Shown: piece by piece, positions 1-9,761 of the stretch
Layout of the letters: each line of letters starts with the position of its first letter
Position numbering within the stretch: the first letter of the stretch is position 1
Source of the DNA: an uncultured Bacteroidales bacterium
GTDB taxonomy: Bacteria; Bacteroidota; Bacteroidia; Bacteroidales; UBA4417
Reading direction: 5' to 3'
Length of the DNA stretch: 64,000 nt
NCBI GenBank assembly: GCA_903879715.1
Contig: CAIRMR010000153.1
Coordinates: forward strand, 3,026 to 67,025
Translations under genes and position numbers: made by a program
The notes under the pieces: generated by a model
The model's database searches: none
What the model saw: only the letters and a program-made list of their open reading frames with translations
Told to the model about the DNA's origin: nothing

Positions 1-508
1 ACCATGCATTCGATTGCTTTGCGAAATGGAATTCGGTGTTTTCCTTTGCGATTTCAAAATCCTTTAAATTGGGCTGTTCCGGAAATTCATATCTGAAACC
101 ATAGCCATCGTTAAAAACGCGGAAAATAATATTCAAATATCGCTTGTGTCCTTTGGTTTCCTGGAGAAAGATCTTTAGCTCCTTGTAATCGTTTCGTACT
201 TCACGTGATTCACCCCAGGGTTGTTCCCAGGTTTTATCAAAAACGGAAGTTTCGGTTTTAAGGATTTTGAAGTTTTTATTAAATGTGTCACCTTTTGTAA
301 AAGTAAAGCCAAGCCTGGAATCAAACAGAATCTGTTTCCCTTCTTTGTGAACAGAATAAAACAGTTCTCCTTTTACAGCTTTAAATTGAATTGCTATTTT
401 CCCATCGGGTGAAGATACAGGGTAGGTTTTCGACTCGGCAGTGCATGACATCAGGGTGAAAACAATGAAAAACAGTGCTGGTATTATTTGGCGAAGTAAA
501 AGTTTCAT
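1..508 (-). CDS. Glycoside hydrolase family 97-like (SusB-type alpha-glycosidase), N-terminal part only; gene runs off the window start
   Basis: Open minus-strand frame from ATG (complement of 506-508) to position 1; it is missing from the ORF track because it has no stop in the window. My translation is MKLLLRQIIPALFFIVFTLMSCTAES...SPDGKIAIQF...WEQPWGESREVRNDY...FRVFNDGYGFRYEFPEQ. It has a lipoprotein-type signal (LMSC) and the N-terminal pattern I associate with GH97. Confidence 0.6.
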   Translation of the reverse strand, partial: MKLLLRQIIPALFFIVFTLMSCTAESKTYPVSSPDGKIAIQFKAVKGELFYSVHKEGKQILFDSRLGFTFTKGDTFNKNFKILKTETSVFDKTWEQPWGESREVRNDYKELKIFLQETKGHKRYLNIIFRVFNDGYGFRYEFPEQPNLKDFEIAKENTEFHFAKQSNAW

Positions 509-539
509 GAGATTCGGGAATGTGTTGAAATTTTTTGCG

Positions 540-1781
540 TTATTTTGCTATACTATCGATTAAATGAATTGCTTTTGTATTTTGGAGTGAAACCCAATAA
601 TAGAAAGCCTGATCGAGAACTTTTGCAGAAGACTTGTCGGAGCCTTTGCTTTTACGAAGCGCGTATTGCTGTGCTATCGCTTCGAGGTCACTTTTATGAT
701 AACTGAGTCCTGTAAAAGACTGTAGTTTCTCAAGATAAGTATAACCAAACTCATTGGTTGGCTCTATCATGGTACCTTCGCCAAAGTCGTTCCAGGTGAT
801 CAGCTGCAGGTTTGTAATATTCTTTGCCGCTGCTTTGTTGAGGAGATCCTGGAATGTAACACCATTGTTATAATCAATTTTGAAAAGAGTATTTCCTGCG
901 CCGCCTTCTTTATAAAAATCATTGAAACCAGGCCATGCACCTCCAAGGTAATCCGTAAATCTAGTGACAAGATCATACTGTGTATCGATATACGAAGGAT
1001 CGGTATTTGAGCCCCATACCCATATAAATTCGCCTGATGTTACAGTTCCGGTAGTCGAATTCCGTCCATAAAGAGGCATAAAACACGGTTTAGTGGTAAA
1101 TGCACCTATTATGCTTTCCCATTCCGAAGTTTTCTGGAAATAATTCGGACCAAAAACCATCACCAGAGGTTTCCCGCCTACTTTTATGTAGGAGCTTTTT
1201 GCAAAATACTTTTGCTGAATGTAATTCATATCGGTCCGGGCCAGGCTGACAGCCTCGGTTGATCCGGTTTTTGCCATTACCACCGGTATGGTTGCGTCTT
1301 CATACACAATGGCAAACTTCAGTCCTACCTTTTCCAGCAAGGCTACCAGTGCTTCGGTATTGCGGCGGTTGGTGCCATAATCATTCACGTCAGTACTTCC
1401 ATACCAGTCAATCAGCACTCCGTTGATACCAGAATATTTCATAAGCAGCAGGTGATATTCTATTAACGCTGCATCACTTGAAGCATAAGGCCCGATTTTC
1501 GGGTAATAATGTGAAGCTATCTGGCGCTTTCCGTTGGCATCAACAATATCCGGATTCTGATTGGTCATTGTCCAGTGCCAGCCCCATTTCCCGCTTCCTG
1601 ACGTTGTTTTGTCTTCGAACCATGGCATGTAATGCGCAAAAATCTGCATGGACCTGGTCTTTACCACGGGAAGTGGTTTATACGAAGTAACAGTAAATTC
1701 AGTGAATGCTGGCGGATCGTCTTTTTTACACGAACCAAGGATTGCAATGGCAGCGAAAATTATAAGAAGGGTTCGTTTCAT
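540..1781 (-). CDS. Glycoside-hydrolase-like lipoprotein, GH99-like TIM-barrel fold (family assignment tentative)
   Basis: 413-aa ORF with lipobox ILGSCKKDD. The segment HYMPWF...HYYPKIGPYASSDAALIEYHLLLMKYSGINGVLIDWYG resembles the YPxxGxYSSxDxxVIxxH...WY pattern of GH99 endo-alpha-mannosidase-like enzymes. It lies inside the PUL, next to GH97 and SusD. Confidence 0.5.
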   Translation of the reverse strand: MKRTLLIIFAAIAILGSCKKDDPPAFTEFTVTSYKPLPVVKTRSMQIFAHYMPWFEDKTTSGSGKWGWHWTMTNQNPDIVDANGKRQIASHYYPKIGPYASSDAALIEYHLLLMKYSGINGVLIDWYGSTDVNDYGTNRRNTEALVALLEKVGLKFAIVYEDATIPVVMAKTGSTEAVSLARTDMNYIQQKYFAKSSYIKVGGKPLVMVFGPNYFQKTSEWESIIGAFTTKPCFMPLYGRNSTTGTVTSGEFIWVWGSNTDPSYIDTQYDLVTRFTDYLGGAWPGFNDFYKEGGAGNTLFKIDYNNGVTFQDLLNKAAAKNITNLQLITWNDFGEGTMIEPTNEFGYTYLEKLQSFTGLSYHKSDLEAIAQQYALRKSKGSDKSSAKVLDQAFYYWVSLQNTKAIHLIDSIAK

Positions 1782-1850
1782 ACTAGGATTCAGTTTTAAT
1801 TTGAGCTAAGCATCCACTTTTATTTTTGGAATAGAAGTCAAAACATTCAT

Positions 1851-1962
1851 TTAATAAGACCCAAATTCCAAACCTCAAATCCCAAAATCAAAGCAAGTAA
1901 ACAAGTGAGATTTGGACCTTGGTTCTTGGATTTTGGAATTTGGATCTTGGTTCTTCAATCCG
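1851..1962. repeat. CCAAAAT-type short-period hairpin repeat (family B, copy 1)
   Basis: A CA-rich arm (ccaaattccaaacctcaaatcccaaaatc) faces a GT-rich arm (gattttggaatttggatcttgg). ccaaattccaaa/tttggaatttgg are perfect complements. Intergenic, between susD and the GH99-like gene. Confidence 0.75.
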
Positions 1963-1974
1963 GCTAATCAGTAT

Positions 1975-2003
1975 ATCCGGCCGAAACATTTTTCCGGCCG
2001 GAT
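1975..2003 (-). terminator. GC-rich hairpin just downstream of the susD stop (possible intra-PUL terminator or attenuator)
   Basis: atccggccg (1975-1983) and cggccggat (1995-2003) form a perfect 9-bp stem with an 11-nt loop. There is no clear U-tract. Confidence 0.35.
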
Positions 2004-2018
2004 TTGCTGATAGTTGAA

Positions 2019-3527
2019 TTAGTATCCCGGATTTTGCACCAGTTTCGAATTCTTCTGCATTTCGTTAACCGGAATAGGGAAAATTCCACGTGTTGCAGCA
2101 GTTGCTCCTTTTTGCCACCACGGATTAAAGAAGTCGCCAAAACGGATATTGTCGGTGCGGCGATGGCTTTCGAAGATAAACTCTTTTTTGAGTTCCTGGT
2201 TGATAAAAGCAAGGTCGATATTGTCGGGTGTCGATAATCCGGCGCGGTTACGGATCTGTTCAACCAGCGGACGAGCATTTGCCGGTGCGCCAAGGCGGAC
2301 ATAACATTCGGCTTTCATCATCAGGATTTCGGCATAACGCATTACAACCAAATCGTTGTCGCGTTCCCAGGCGTCATCAGCCTTTACTTCATATTTCATT
2401 AAACGGGCACCTTCATTTTGCAACGAATTGGTGATGTCGTTGATAGTATCGGTATAAGTAAGCGGCGAGCCCGAAGCAGGCATTATGATTACTGAACCGG
2501 TTGCCAGGTTAATCTGGTCGCCGAATAACAAGGATTTGCGGCGAATGTCTTTTTCATCAAATGACCTGTATGTTCCTGGTTGAGTGCACATCCCATTGCC
2601 ACACCACTGGTACGTGCCTGTTGGCGAGAAAGCATATTTCTGCTCATAATGGAATGTCATCGAAGCCATGTAATTTCCCACAGTTCCTTCTTTGTGATCG
2701 TAAGGTATTGCAAAGATAATCTCCCTTGATCCCTGGTTTTCGGTCAGGAAACTTGCAAAATAGTTTTGTTCGATCATTCCGGTAACTTTATCACAGGCAT
2801 CAATACAATCCTGCCAGCGTTCCTGGTTTACGAACACCTTCGAATTCAGGTAAAGACGCGCCAAAAGTGTATTTGCCGCATTTTGAGTCATTCGGCCGTA
2901 TCCGGTTACAGGAAGCAGGCTAACCACCTCTTTCAATTCTGATTCTACAAAAGCATAAACTTCTGCACGAGTCGAATTGGCAGGCAGTTCTGTGACTTCA
3001 AAATTGGTTATGATAGGAACATTGCCAAACAAATCGAGCAATTGGTAGTAGTAATAAGCGCGAAGAGCTCGGAGTTCAGCAAAAAGATTGGTCTTTGCCT
3101 CATCGGTGAGATCTGATTGTTTTACCTGGTACATCACCGCGTTTACGGACGAAATACCGGCATAGCAATATTTCCAGGCACTCCAGATAACTTTGTTATC
3201 CGATTTCCAGGTGTGACGGTGTAATTCAAGATATTGACCACCATCGTACCAGTCGCCACCAACTCGGGTTGGGACAACACATTCGTCGGAAGAAAGCGCG
3301 GTGAGGAAATATACATATTCCGAAGCCGGGTAGCAGTGGGTTCCACCGCTGCTGGCATCACTGAAGCCACGAAGGGAAGCGTAAGCCCGACCAACGATAG
3401 TTCCGATTTCGGCAGGTGTTTTACCGTAATTACCGGCTTCCACTTTGTCGTACAGCTTTTCATCCAGATTGGTACAAGCTGCCAGGACAAGTACAAGGCT
3501 TGCAACTAATATTGATTTTAATTTCAT
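2019..3527 (-). CDS. susD: SusD/RagB family nutrient-binding outer-membrane lipoprotein
   Basis: ORF 2019..3554; the likely start is the internal ATG at 3527, giving MKLKSILVASLVLVLAACTNLDE (lipobox). Its size, TPR-like SusD pattern, C-terminal ...IPVNEMQKNSKLVQNPGY and position directly downstream of SusC all fit. Confidence 0.9.
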   Translation of the reverse strand: MKLKSILVASLVLVLAACTNLDEKLYDKVEAGNYGKTPAEIGTIVGRAYASLRGFSDASSGGTHCYPASEYVYFLTALSSDECVVPTRVGGDWYDGGQYLELHRHTWKSDNKVIWSAWKYCYAGISSVNAVMYQVKQSDLTDEAKTNLFAELRALRAYYYYQLLDLFGNVPIITNFEVTELPANSTRAEVYAFVESELKEVVSLLPVTGYGRMTQNAANTLLARLYLNSKVFVNQERWQDCIDACDKVTGMIEQNYFASFLTENQGSREIIFAIPYDHKEGTVGNYMASMTFHYEQKYAFSPTGTYQWCGNGMCTQPGTYRSFDEKDIRRKSLLFGDQINLATGSVIIMPASGSPLTYTDTINDITNSLQNEGARLMKYEVKADDAWERDNDLVVMRYAEILMMKAECYVRLGAPANARPLVEQIRNRAGLSTPDNIDLAFINQELKKEFIFESHRRTDNIRFGDFFNPWWQKGATAATRGIFPIPVNEMQKNSKLVQNPGY

Positions 3528-3569
3528 TGTTCTGTTTTTTAGATAATTTGACAATACGTTTACCGGGTC

Positions 3570-6473
3570 TTAAAGGCCTAATTTCAAACCAACCATCATA
3601 GTACGAGGCCGTGGATAATAGTTCAGCATATCAATACCGGGCGAAGACAGTCCGTCAATACTTACTTCAGGGTCAATTCCAGTGTAATTTGTGAAAACAA
3701 AAAGGTTTTCGCCTGTTACATAAAGGTTGAGTTTGCTGATGCCTTTTACTTTAAGCGGAACATTGTATCCCAAAGTAACACTCTGCAGGCGCAGGAACGA
3801 AGCTTTTTCAATCCAGTAGCTGGAATAAAGCGGATCGGAGGTTACCCCTGAGGTTAAGTACGAATCGTACACATTGTAAGCGGGCAAACGACCAGGATAA
3901 TTGGTATTCATGGCGGTTGCGTTTAAAACATCCTGACCGAATAAACCGTAAGTTGAAATGTTAAGATCGAAATTACTGTACATAAAATCCATTCCGAAAC
4001 CCATACTCATCTTAGGCTGGGCATTGCCGATAACCTGCGGTTCACCGTCATTGGCAAGAATGAACTTACCATCTGCGTCAACGCCATCGCATTTTGGACC
4101 CCAGAATGTTCCAACTGAATAACCTTCTTTCAGAATCTGGGAGAACGTATTCGACATACCCGTTAACCCATGAAGGGAACCCGAGTAAATAGCATCCGTT
4201 TGGTAAATATCATTCGACAGTTTTTCAACAACCTGTTTGTTATGCGCCAAGGTAAGGTTTGCGCTTAAAGTGAAATCATTGCTCTTGATTATGGTGCCGT
4301 TCAAAGTTAACTCAACACCTTTATTGGTGAGATCGCCGACATTTGCCAGCATTGTACCATAAAGATATGGTGGCTGAGGAACATCATAGGTGTACAATAA
4401 ATCGCTGGTTTTTTTCGAATAAATCTCGAAGGTACCATACAAGCGTTTGAAGAGTGTAAAATCGAGACCCAGGTTCAGCTGTGCTGTGGATTCCCATTTC
4501 AAATCAGGATTCGGATTCTGGATTGCTCCGTAGGATTGTTTCCATGTATCGCTGGCAGGATCGTAGTACGAAGCGCCACCTGCACCAAGCAGGAAAAGTG
4601 ATTTATATTCACCTATTCCATCCTGGTTTCCGGTAACACCATAACCGGCGCGGATTTTAAGGTTATTCAGCCAACCCTTGGTGCCTTCCATAAAAGCTTC
4701 TTCGGTAACACGCCAGCCAAGAGATACAGACGGGAAAATACCCCATTTGTTGTTTGCGCCAAAGCGTGATGAACCATCGTCGCGGACTGTAGCCGTGAGT
4801 AAGTAACGTTCTTTCAGATTCAGGTTCATACGGCCGTAGAAAGAAATCAGTTTTGCTTCGCCCTTGTATGAATACACATCACCGGCACGGTAATCCTGTC
4901 CGGCAGCCAGGTTGTTGTATCCGAATTCATCGGTATCAAAACCGCGTCGCTGTGATCCAAATCCGCTGTAAACATTGTCCAGGTAGGAATATCCTCCCAA
5001 CAGGTTAAGTTTAACATCCTTCGAAAACTGCCTTTCATAACTCAGGTAAGTCTCCAGCTGAGCGGTATAATATTCGCCTGAAGTCTTGCTGCCATATCCT
5101 TTATCTGTAATTCCGTTGAACGAATACGAAGGCAGGTAATATCCGTTGGTTGATGAATTAAATTCGTACGAAACGTTGGCAACAGCTTTTAATCCTTCGA
5201 TGATCTCCAACTCAGCTTTTCCATATCCGAGCACCCGTTTGCGGGTTTTATCATCGGTGCGGTTTTCGAGAATTTCGACAGGATTATTGTTATTCGTTCC
5301 GCCAATCTGCGTGTATTTCCCGTTTTGCATAACAGGAATGGTAGGATTAAGGTTGTAAGCACGTACAAACATGCTGTTGTCGATATCCGACCATTTATCG
5401 GTATTGGCATGTAGGCTGAGTTCCACTTTTAATTTGTTATTCAAACCATATTGGTAACCGGTAACGCTAGCACCCATTCGGTTCATGTAGCTCTTCTTAA
5501 TTACACCATCCGTATTCAGGTAATTGAATGATGCCCTGAGGCCGCTTTTCTCGCCACCCGACGAAAAACTTACGTTGTGCGATTGAGCGTAGGATGTTTG
5601 CTCAAGTTCTTTCTGCCAATCCGTATTAGCGCCATAATCAACAGCTGATTTAACATCGTTATCACGTACATATTGACGCCACTGATCTGCCGACAATAAA
5701 TCCAGATTTTTGGCTACCTTCCCTACTGCGAAATAGGTGTTGTATTCCAATGATTTTCCTTTGTTTTCGCGGTTGGTGGTTATAATGATTACACCGTTTG
5801 CACCACGCGAACCATAAATTGCGGCAGCCGAAGCATCTTTGAGTACATCAAACGAAACTATTTCGTTCGATTGAACTGAGTTGATATCTACGCCTGGAAC
5901 TCCGTCAATTACTACCAGCGGACCGTTGCTTGCCGATAGAGAAGTGCCTCCGCGCAGGCGCATGGATGATCCGGCAGCCGGGTTTCCTCCCCCTGAAATT
6001 ACTGTTAATCCGGCTACTTTGCCTTGCAGTAATTGCTCGTTTGAGTTTACAACTCCCTGCCTGAAGTTTTCGGATTTTACTGATGAAATTGCTCCGGTAA
6101 GATCAGATTTGCGCATGGTTCCGTATCCAACAGCAACCACGGTAACACCTTCCAGTGAAATATCATCGGTTTCAAGAACAACTTCCATTTCCGGTTTAGC
6201 TGGAAGCACTTGTGTTTTATGCCCGATGTACGATATTTTAAGTGAGGTGCCTTCGATGCAACTCAGGGAGAAGTTCCCGTTTAAATCAGTGATAGTTCCC
6301 GATTTGTCGGCTTCCACCACTACTGTTACGCCAATCAGAGATTCCTGATTAATGTTGGTAACCGTCCCTTTCACGGTTATCTTATTCTGCGAAAATGCCT
6401 GGTTCATGCCTATAACAAGCAAGAAAAGCAAAGGAAGAATTATATATTTGAGGTATTGAGTTTTCAGATTCAT
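3570..6473 (-). CDS. susC: SusC/RagA family TonB-dependent outer-membrane transporter
   Basis: 967 aa with a signal peptide. It has an N-terminal carboxypeptidase-regulatory-like domain (ITVKGTVTN...GVTVVV), a plug (GYGTMRKSDLTGAISSV, LQGKVAGL) and the barrel terminal motif ...RTMMVGLKLGL. Paired with SusD. Confidence 0.95.
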   Translation of the reverse strand: MNLKTQYLKYIILPLLFLLVIGMNQAFSQNKITVKGTVTNINQESLIGVTVVVEADKSGTITDLNGNFSLSCIEGTSLKISYIGHKTQVLPAKPEMEVVLETDDISLEGVTVVAVGYGTMRKSDLTGAISSVKSENFRQGVVNSNEQLLQGKVAGLTVISGGGNPAAGSSMRLRGGTSLSASNGPLVVIDGVPGVDINSVQSNEIVSFDVLKDASAAAIYGSRGANGVIIITTNRENKGKSLEYNTYFAVGKVAKNLDLLSADQWRQYVRDNDVKSAVDYGANTDWQKELEQTSYAQSHNVSFSSGGEKSGLRASFNYLNTDGVIKKSYMNRMGASVTGYQYGLNNKLKVELSLHANTDKWSDIDNSMFVRAYNLNPTIPVMQNGKYTQIGGTNNNNPVEILENRTDDKTRKRVLGYGKAELEIIEGLKAVANVSYEFNSSTNGYYLPSYSFNGITDKGYGSKTSGEYYTAQLETYLSYERQFSKDVKLNLLGGYSYLDNVYSGFGSQRRGFDTDEFGYNNLAAGQDYRAGDVYSYKGEAKLISFYGRMNLNLKERYLLTATVRDDGSSRFGANNKWGIFPSVSLGWRVTEEAFMEGTKGWLNNLKIRAGYGVTGNQDGIGEYKSLFLLGAGGASYYDPASDTWKQSYGAIQNPNPDLKWESTAQLNLGLDFTLFKRLYGTFEIYSKKTSDLLYTYDVPQPPYLYGTMLANVGDLTNKGVELTLNGTIIKSNDFTLSANLTLAHNKQVVEKLSNDIYQTDAIYSGSLHGLTGMSNTFSQILKEGYSVGTFWGPKCDGVDADGKFILANDGEPQVIGNAQPKMSMGFGMDFMYSNFDLNISTYGLFGQDVLNATAMNTNYPGRLPAYNVYDSYLTSGVTSDPLYSSYWIEKASFLRLQSVTLGYNVPLKVKGISKLNLYVTGENLFVFTNYTGIDPEVSIDGLSSPGIDMLNYYPRPRTMMVGLKLGL

Positions 6474-6511
6474 AGCATTTTTAATTGAATGTTCAATGTA
6501 TAAGGATTTTG

Positions 6512-7585
6512 TTAATCTACCTTTACCAGTGGGATATCACCTTGAAAAATGACTTTCGCTTTCTGGTCGGTGATGGTGAGCGCAAGCTTGGGAATATCCA
6601 TGCTGCCAAAATTCCCGATCAGGTCGATATAAGCCTTTTGCGAATCCATGCTACCTGTAAACGCGCCGGTAATGGTTTTATCGCCGCCTTTTACGGTATA
6701 GGTAAGTTTTTGCCCCACAGTATTATGCTGGCGGGTAATAACCAGAAAATCTTTTACGCTGATTGTCATCGGGAAAAAGGACAGAATCGGGTCAGCAGGG
6801 ATAGGAACGTCAGGTGCATAAATAACGTAATCAGGAGTTGTTGATGCCCAGTTATCCTTTACAAAAAGAAAGTTTATCAAACTCATCACATATCCTTCGG
6901 GTGCACCGAAATAAGTTCTTGGCACAATGTCCATGCGGTAAAAGCCGCCACCCATATTTACCAGTTGTGTTTTGGCAACAATTTCCGGCAACCACGACTG
7001 GTATTCCTGTTTGATATCCCAGTTGTTGAGTCCTGCGTGCATATGAATTGTTGCTGCATCAGTAAAAGCCGGGATCAGGTTTGCGTTGAAAATGATGCTC
7101 AAAGGATCATCCAGGTAAAATTTGGTCGGGTAATAATCAAAAGGCTTGCCGGAAGTTGCAAAAGCCGAAAAATCGGTAATAGGCACATTTGCTACACTCG
7201 ATTGCTTGGTCCCGGTTTTGTCTTTCAAACGCAGCCAGAAACCGGCGCTGGCTTTTATTTCTGCAATGGTCTTGTTAAAATAGGTTGTTGGCGTGAGATC
7301 AAATCTCCATACCATATTTCCAACATACGTAAGTTTGGCAAAATCGGATGAATTTTCCCAATTTCCTGCATCAGGTTCTGAAGGTGACCAAATCCAGATA
7401 TAAACATCTTCGGTTTCGGCAAAGGTGGTGCCGGATAGATTAAAGTACCAGGAAACCTGCTCGTCGAAATTATAGATAACAGGATTGGAGTACATCTTAT
7501 AAATATCACCTGCTTCCTGCGCCTGCGAAAAGGCGGCGAATGGAAAAAGCAGCGTCACCAGAATGGAATATGTTATTTTTTTCAT
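6512..7585 (-). CDS. PUL-encoded secreted protein, paralog A (candidate surface glycan-binding protein), no T9SS tail
   Basis: 357 aa with signal peptide ...AFSQA. The first roughly 260 aa are near-identical to ORF 8504..9538. It lies directly upstream of susC. Confidence 0.8.
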   Translation of the reverse strand: MKKITYSILVTLLFPFAAFSQAQEAGDIYKMYSNPVIYNFDEQVSWYFNLSGTTFAETEDVYIWIWSPSEPDAGNWENSSDFAKLTYVGNMVWRFDLTPTTYFNKTIAEIKASAGFWLRLKDKTGTKQSSVANVPITDFSAFATSGKPFDYYPTKFYLDDPLSIIFNANLIPAFTDAATIHMHAGLNNWDIKQEYQSWLPEIVAKTQLVNMGGGFYRMDIVPRTYFGAPEGYVMSLINFLFVKDNWASTTPDYVIYAPDVPIPADPILSFFPMTISVKDFLVITRQHNTVGQKLTYTVKGGDKTITGAFTGSMDSQKAYIDLIGNFGSMDIPKLALTITDQKAKVIFQGDIPLVKVD

Positions 7586-7592
7586 GTTTTTA

Positions 7593-8123
7593 TTATTTAG
7601 TGGTCGCTAAAACAAGTTTGTACAGATACGATACATAAGCCACCTGGTTAGAGGAATGCGTTAGTTTTAATTCCATTTCAGGAAGGGCGCCGGGCATGGT
7701 GGTAATGCTTACCTGGTTGGTTTTCTGTGTTTTAGCAGCATCAGAATATAAATTGATTTTAACAGGTGTGCCATCGGTTGAAGGAAAATCCGTATCAAGA
7801 GCCCAAAACCCCTGGGGAGCCAGTAACTGCGGGGCTTCGCCTGTTACGGCATAGGTGGTGGCTTTGTTTGCCTCATCTACATTAAGCGTGATGGCAAAAC
7901 CCAGGAAATTAAACTGGTCGGTTAAATTTACTTCATCTGGCTTGATAGCCGCTGATTTGGCTGTTTCATCAATCATTTTGATCGAAAACATGTTCCATGT
8001 ACCATTTACCTTTTCATTAACGGTAATCGGTGCGGTGTAGCTGCCGTCGTCTGTTTTTGTGCATCCATACCATAGTGTTGGTATGAAAATCAGGACGATG
8101 ATCAGTAATCTGGTCTTTTTCAT
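7593..8123 (-). CDS. Small PUL-associated lipoprotein (lipocalin-like, function unknown)
   Basis: 176 aa with lipobox LWYGCTKTDD. Only an 8-nt gap separates it from the downstream paralog A gene. Confidence 0.7.
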   Translation of the reverse strand: MKKTRLLIIVLIFIPTLWYGCTKTDDGSYTAPITVNEKVNGTWNMFSIKMIDETAKSAAIKPDEVNLTDQFNFLGFAITLNVDEANKATTYAVTGEAPQLLAPQGFWALDTDFPSTDGTPVKINLYSDAAKTQKTNQVSITTMPGALPEMELKLTHSSNQVAYVSYLYKLVLATTK

Positions 8124-8503
8124 AATTTTGATGGGTTTGGTTAAGAACTATAATTTTTTATTTAAAGTAAATCAGTTAGTTACAAAAGAATGCTTTGAAA
8201 TAAATACCAGTTATTTCCTGGAGATTTTATGCTTCAGTCCTCAAAAGATGAAAACTAAAAGCCACTGACAATATACTGTATTTCAGTATTTTAATAGACA
8301 AATATTTACGACAGCAAAAAAAAACCTGTTAAGTCATTTGTATTTAAAGTACCGATGCAAAGTATGCTTGTAGTATGGTATGTAAGCGGTTATTCTTTGT
8401 TAATTCGGTTTTTCCCATTCTCTATTTTCAACAATAGAGACATCAACTAAAATTACTTCGCAAATCAATTGATAAAAAACCGCTTACATCACCATCCTGT
8501 TAA

Positions 8504-9538
8504 TTACTGTTTTATAAGCTTACTTGTTCTTGTTGTGGTATTATCCGAAACTTTAACCGAATAAACTCCTTTTGTTAAATTGCTTACGTCAGTTTTTTCG
8601 GTTGTTGATCCGGCAGTTTTATACATGACCAATTTGCCGCTTAAATCGTAAATTGATATTTTAACATTTTTGCTTATGTTGCTTATCGTTAATTCGTTTT
8701 TAACCGGATTTGGAAATAGCAACAGCGATTTATCGTTTATCTGGTATGCTGGTACTGATGAAAAACCAGGCGCATTCATTACATAATCAGGTGTCGTGGC
8801 TGCCCATTCGTTTTTAACAAAAAGGAAGTTTATTGTATTCATTACATATCCTGCGGGAGCTCCGAAATAGGTTCTTGGCACCAGGTCGATACGGTAAAAT
8901 CCGCCACCCATGTTTATCAATTGAGTTTTAGCTACAATTTCGGGCAGCCACGCCTGATATTCCTGTTTGATATCCCAGTTGTTCAAACCTGCGTGTAAAT
9001 GAACAGTAGAGGCATCAGCAAAAGCAGGGAGCAGGTTTGCATTGAATATAATGCTCAAAGGATCATCCAGGGTAAATGCAGCTGGGTAATAATCAAAAGG
9101 CTTTCCGGAAGTTGCAAATGCTGAAAAGTCAGTAATCGGCACATTAGCTACGCCGGTTTGTTTGGTTCCGGTTTTATCTTTTAATCGCAACCAGAAACCG
9201 GCACTTGCCTTTATTTCAGCAATCGTTTTTGTGAAATATGTTGTTGGAGTGAGATCGAACCGCCATACCATATTGCCAACGTAAGTTAGCTTGGCAAAAT
9301 CGGATGAATTTGCAAAGTTTCCTGCATCGGGTTCCGATGGAGACCATATCCAGATATATACATCTTCGGTTTCGGCAAAGGTGGTGCCGGTTAAATCGAA
9401 GTACCAGGAAACCTTTTCATCAAAGTTATAGATGACAGGATTGCTGTATATTTTTTTTATAATGCCGGCATCTGCCTGCGAAAAGGCGGCCAATGGGAAA
9501 ATCAGTGCCACCAGAAAAGAGTAAATTTTTGTTTTCAT
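8504..9538 (-). CDS. PUL-encoded secreted protein, paralog B, with T9SS type-A C-terminal sorting domain
   Basis: 344 aa with signal peptide ...AFSQA. The N-terminal roughly 260 aa are paralogous to 6512..7585. The C-terminus LLLFPNPVKNELTI...IYDLSGKLV...GVYSVKV...KLIKQ is a typical T9SS CTD. Confidence 0.85.
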   Translation of the reverse strand: MKTKIYSFLVALIFPLAAFSQADAGIIKKIYSNPVIYNFDEKVSWYFDLTGTTFAETEDVYIWIWSPSEPDAGNFANSSDFAKLTYVGNMVWRFDLTPTTYFTKTIAEIKASAGFWLRLKDKTGTKQTGVANVPITDFSAFATSGKPFDYYPAAFTLDDPLSIIFNANLLPAFADASTVHLHAGLNNWDIKQEYQAWLPEIVAKTQLINMGGGFYRIDLVPRTYFGAPAGYVMNTINFLFVKNEWAATTPDYVMNAPGFSSVPAYQINDKSLLLFPNPVKNELTISNISKNVKISIYDLSGKLVMYKTAGSTTEKTDVSNLTKGVYSVKVSDNTTTRTSKLIKQ

Positions 9539-9761
9539 AATTTTAATTTGGTTGGGTTAAAGGATTGCTTTTAATTGGAGGTTTGTTAAATCGATGAAAC
9601 GATCACACAATATTACAAGCACATCAACCTGAATCCAAAATGTATTTGAAATATATGAACTACAATTGTTCATATAAACTATTACCAACAGTAAATCAAT
9701 GTTATATAAAATATTTATCAGGAAAAAATATAGATGGCATTAAGATAAAATATAGATAATA

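Noticed and set aside
221-412. A 63-aa plus-strand ORF at the window start.
   Set aside because: It is antisense to the well-supported GH97 N-terminal coding frame.
5881-6348. Long antisense or alternative-frame ORFs inside large genes, e.g. 5881..6348, 13392..13871, 35914..36330, 47937..48437 and 63231..63632.
   Set aside because: Each is fully embedded in a gene with strong family motifs on the other strand or frame. Their compositions (Pro/Ser/Thr/Arg-rich) are typical of shadow ORFs.
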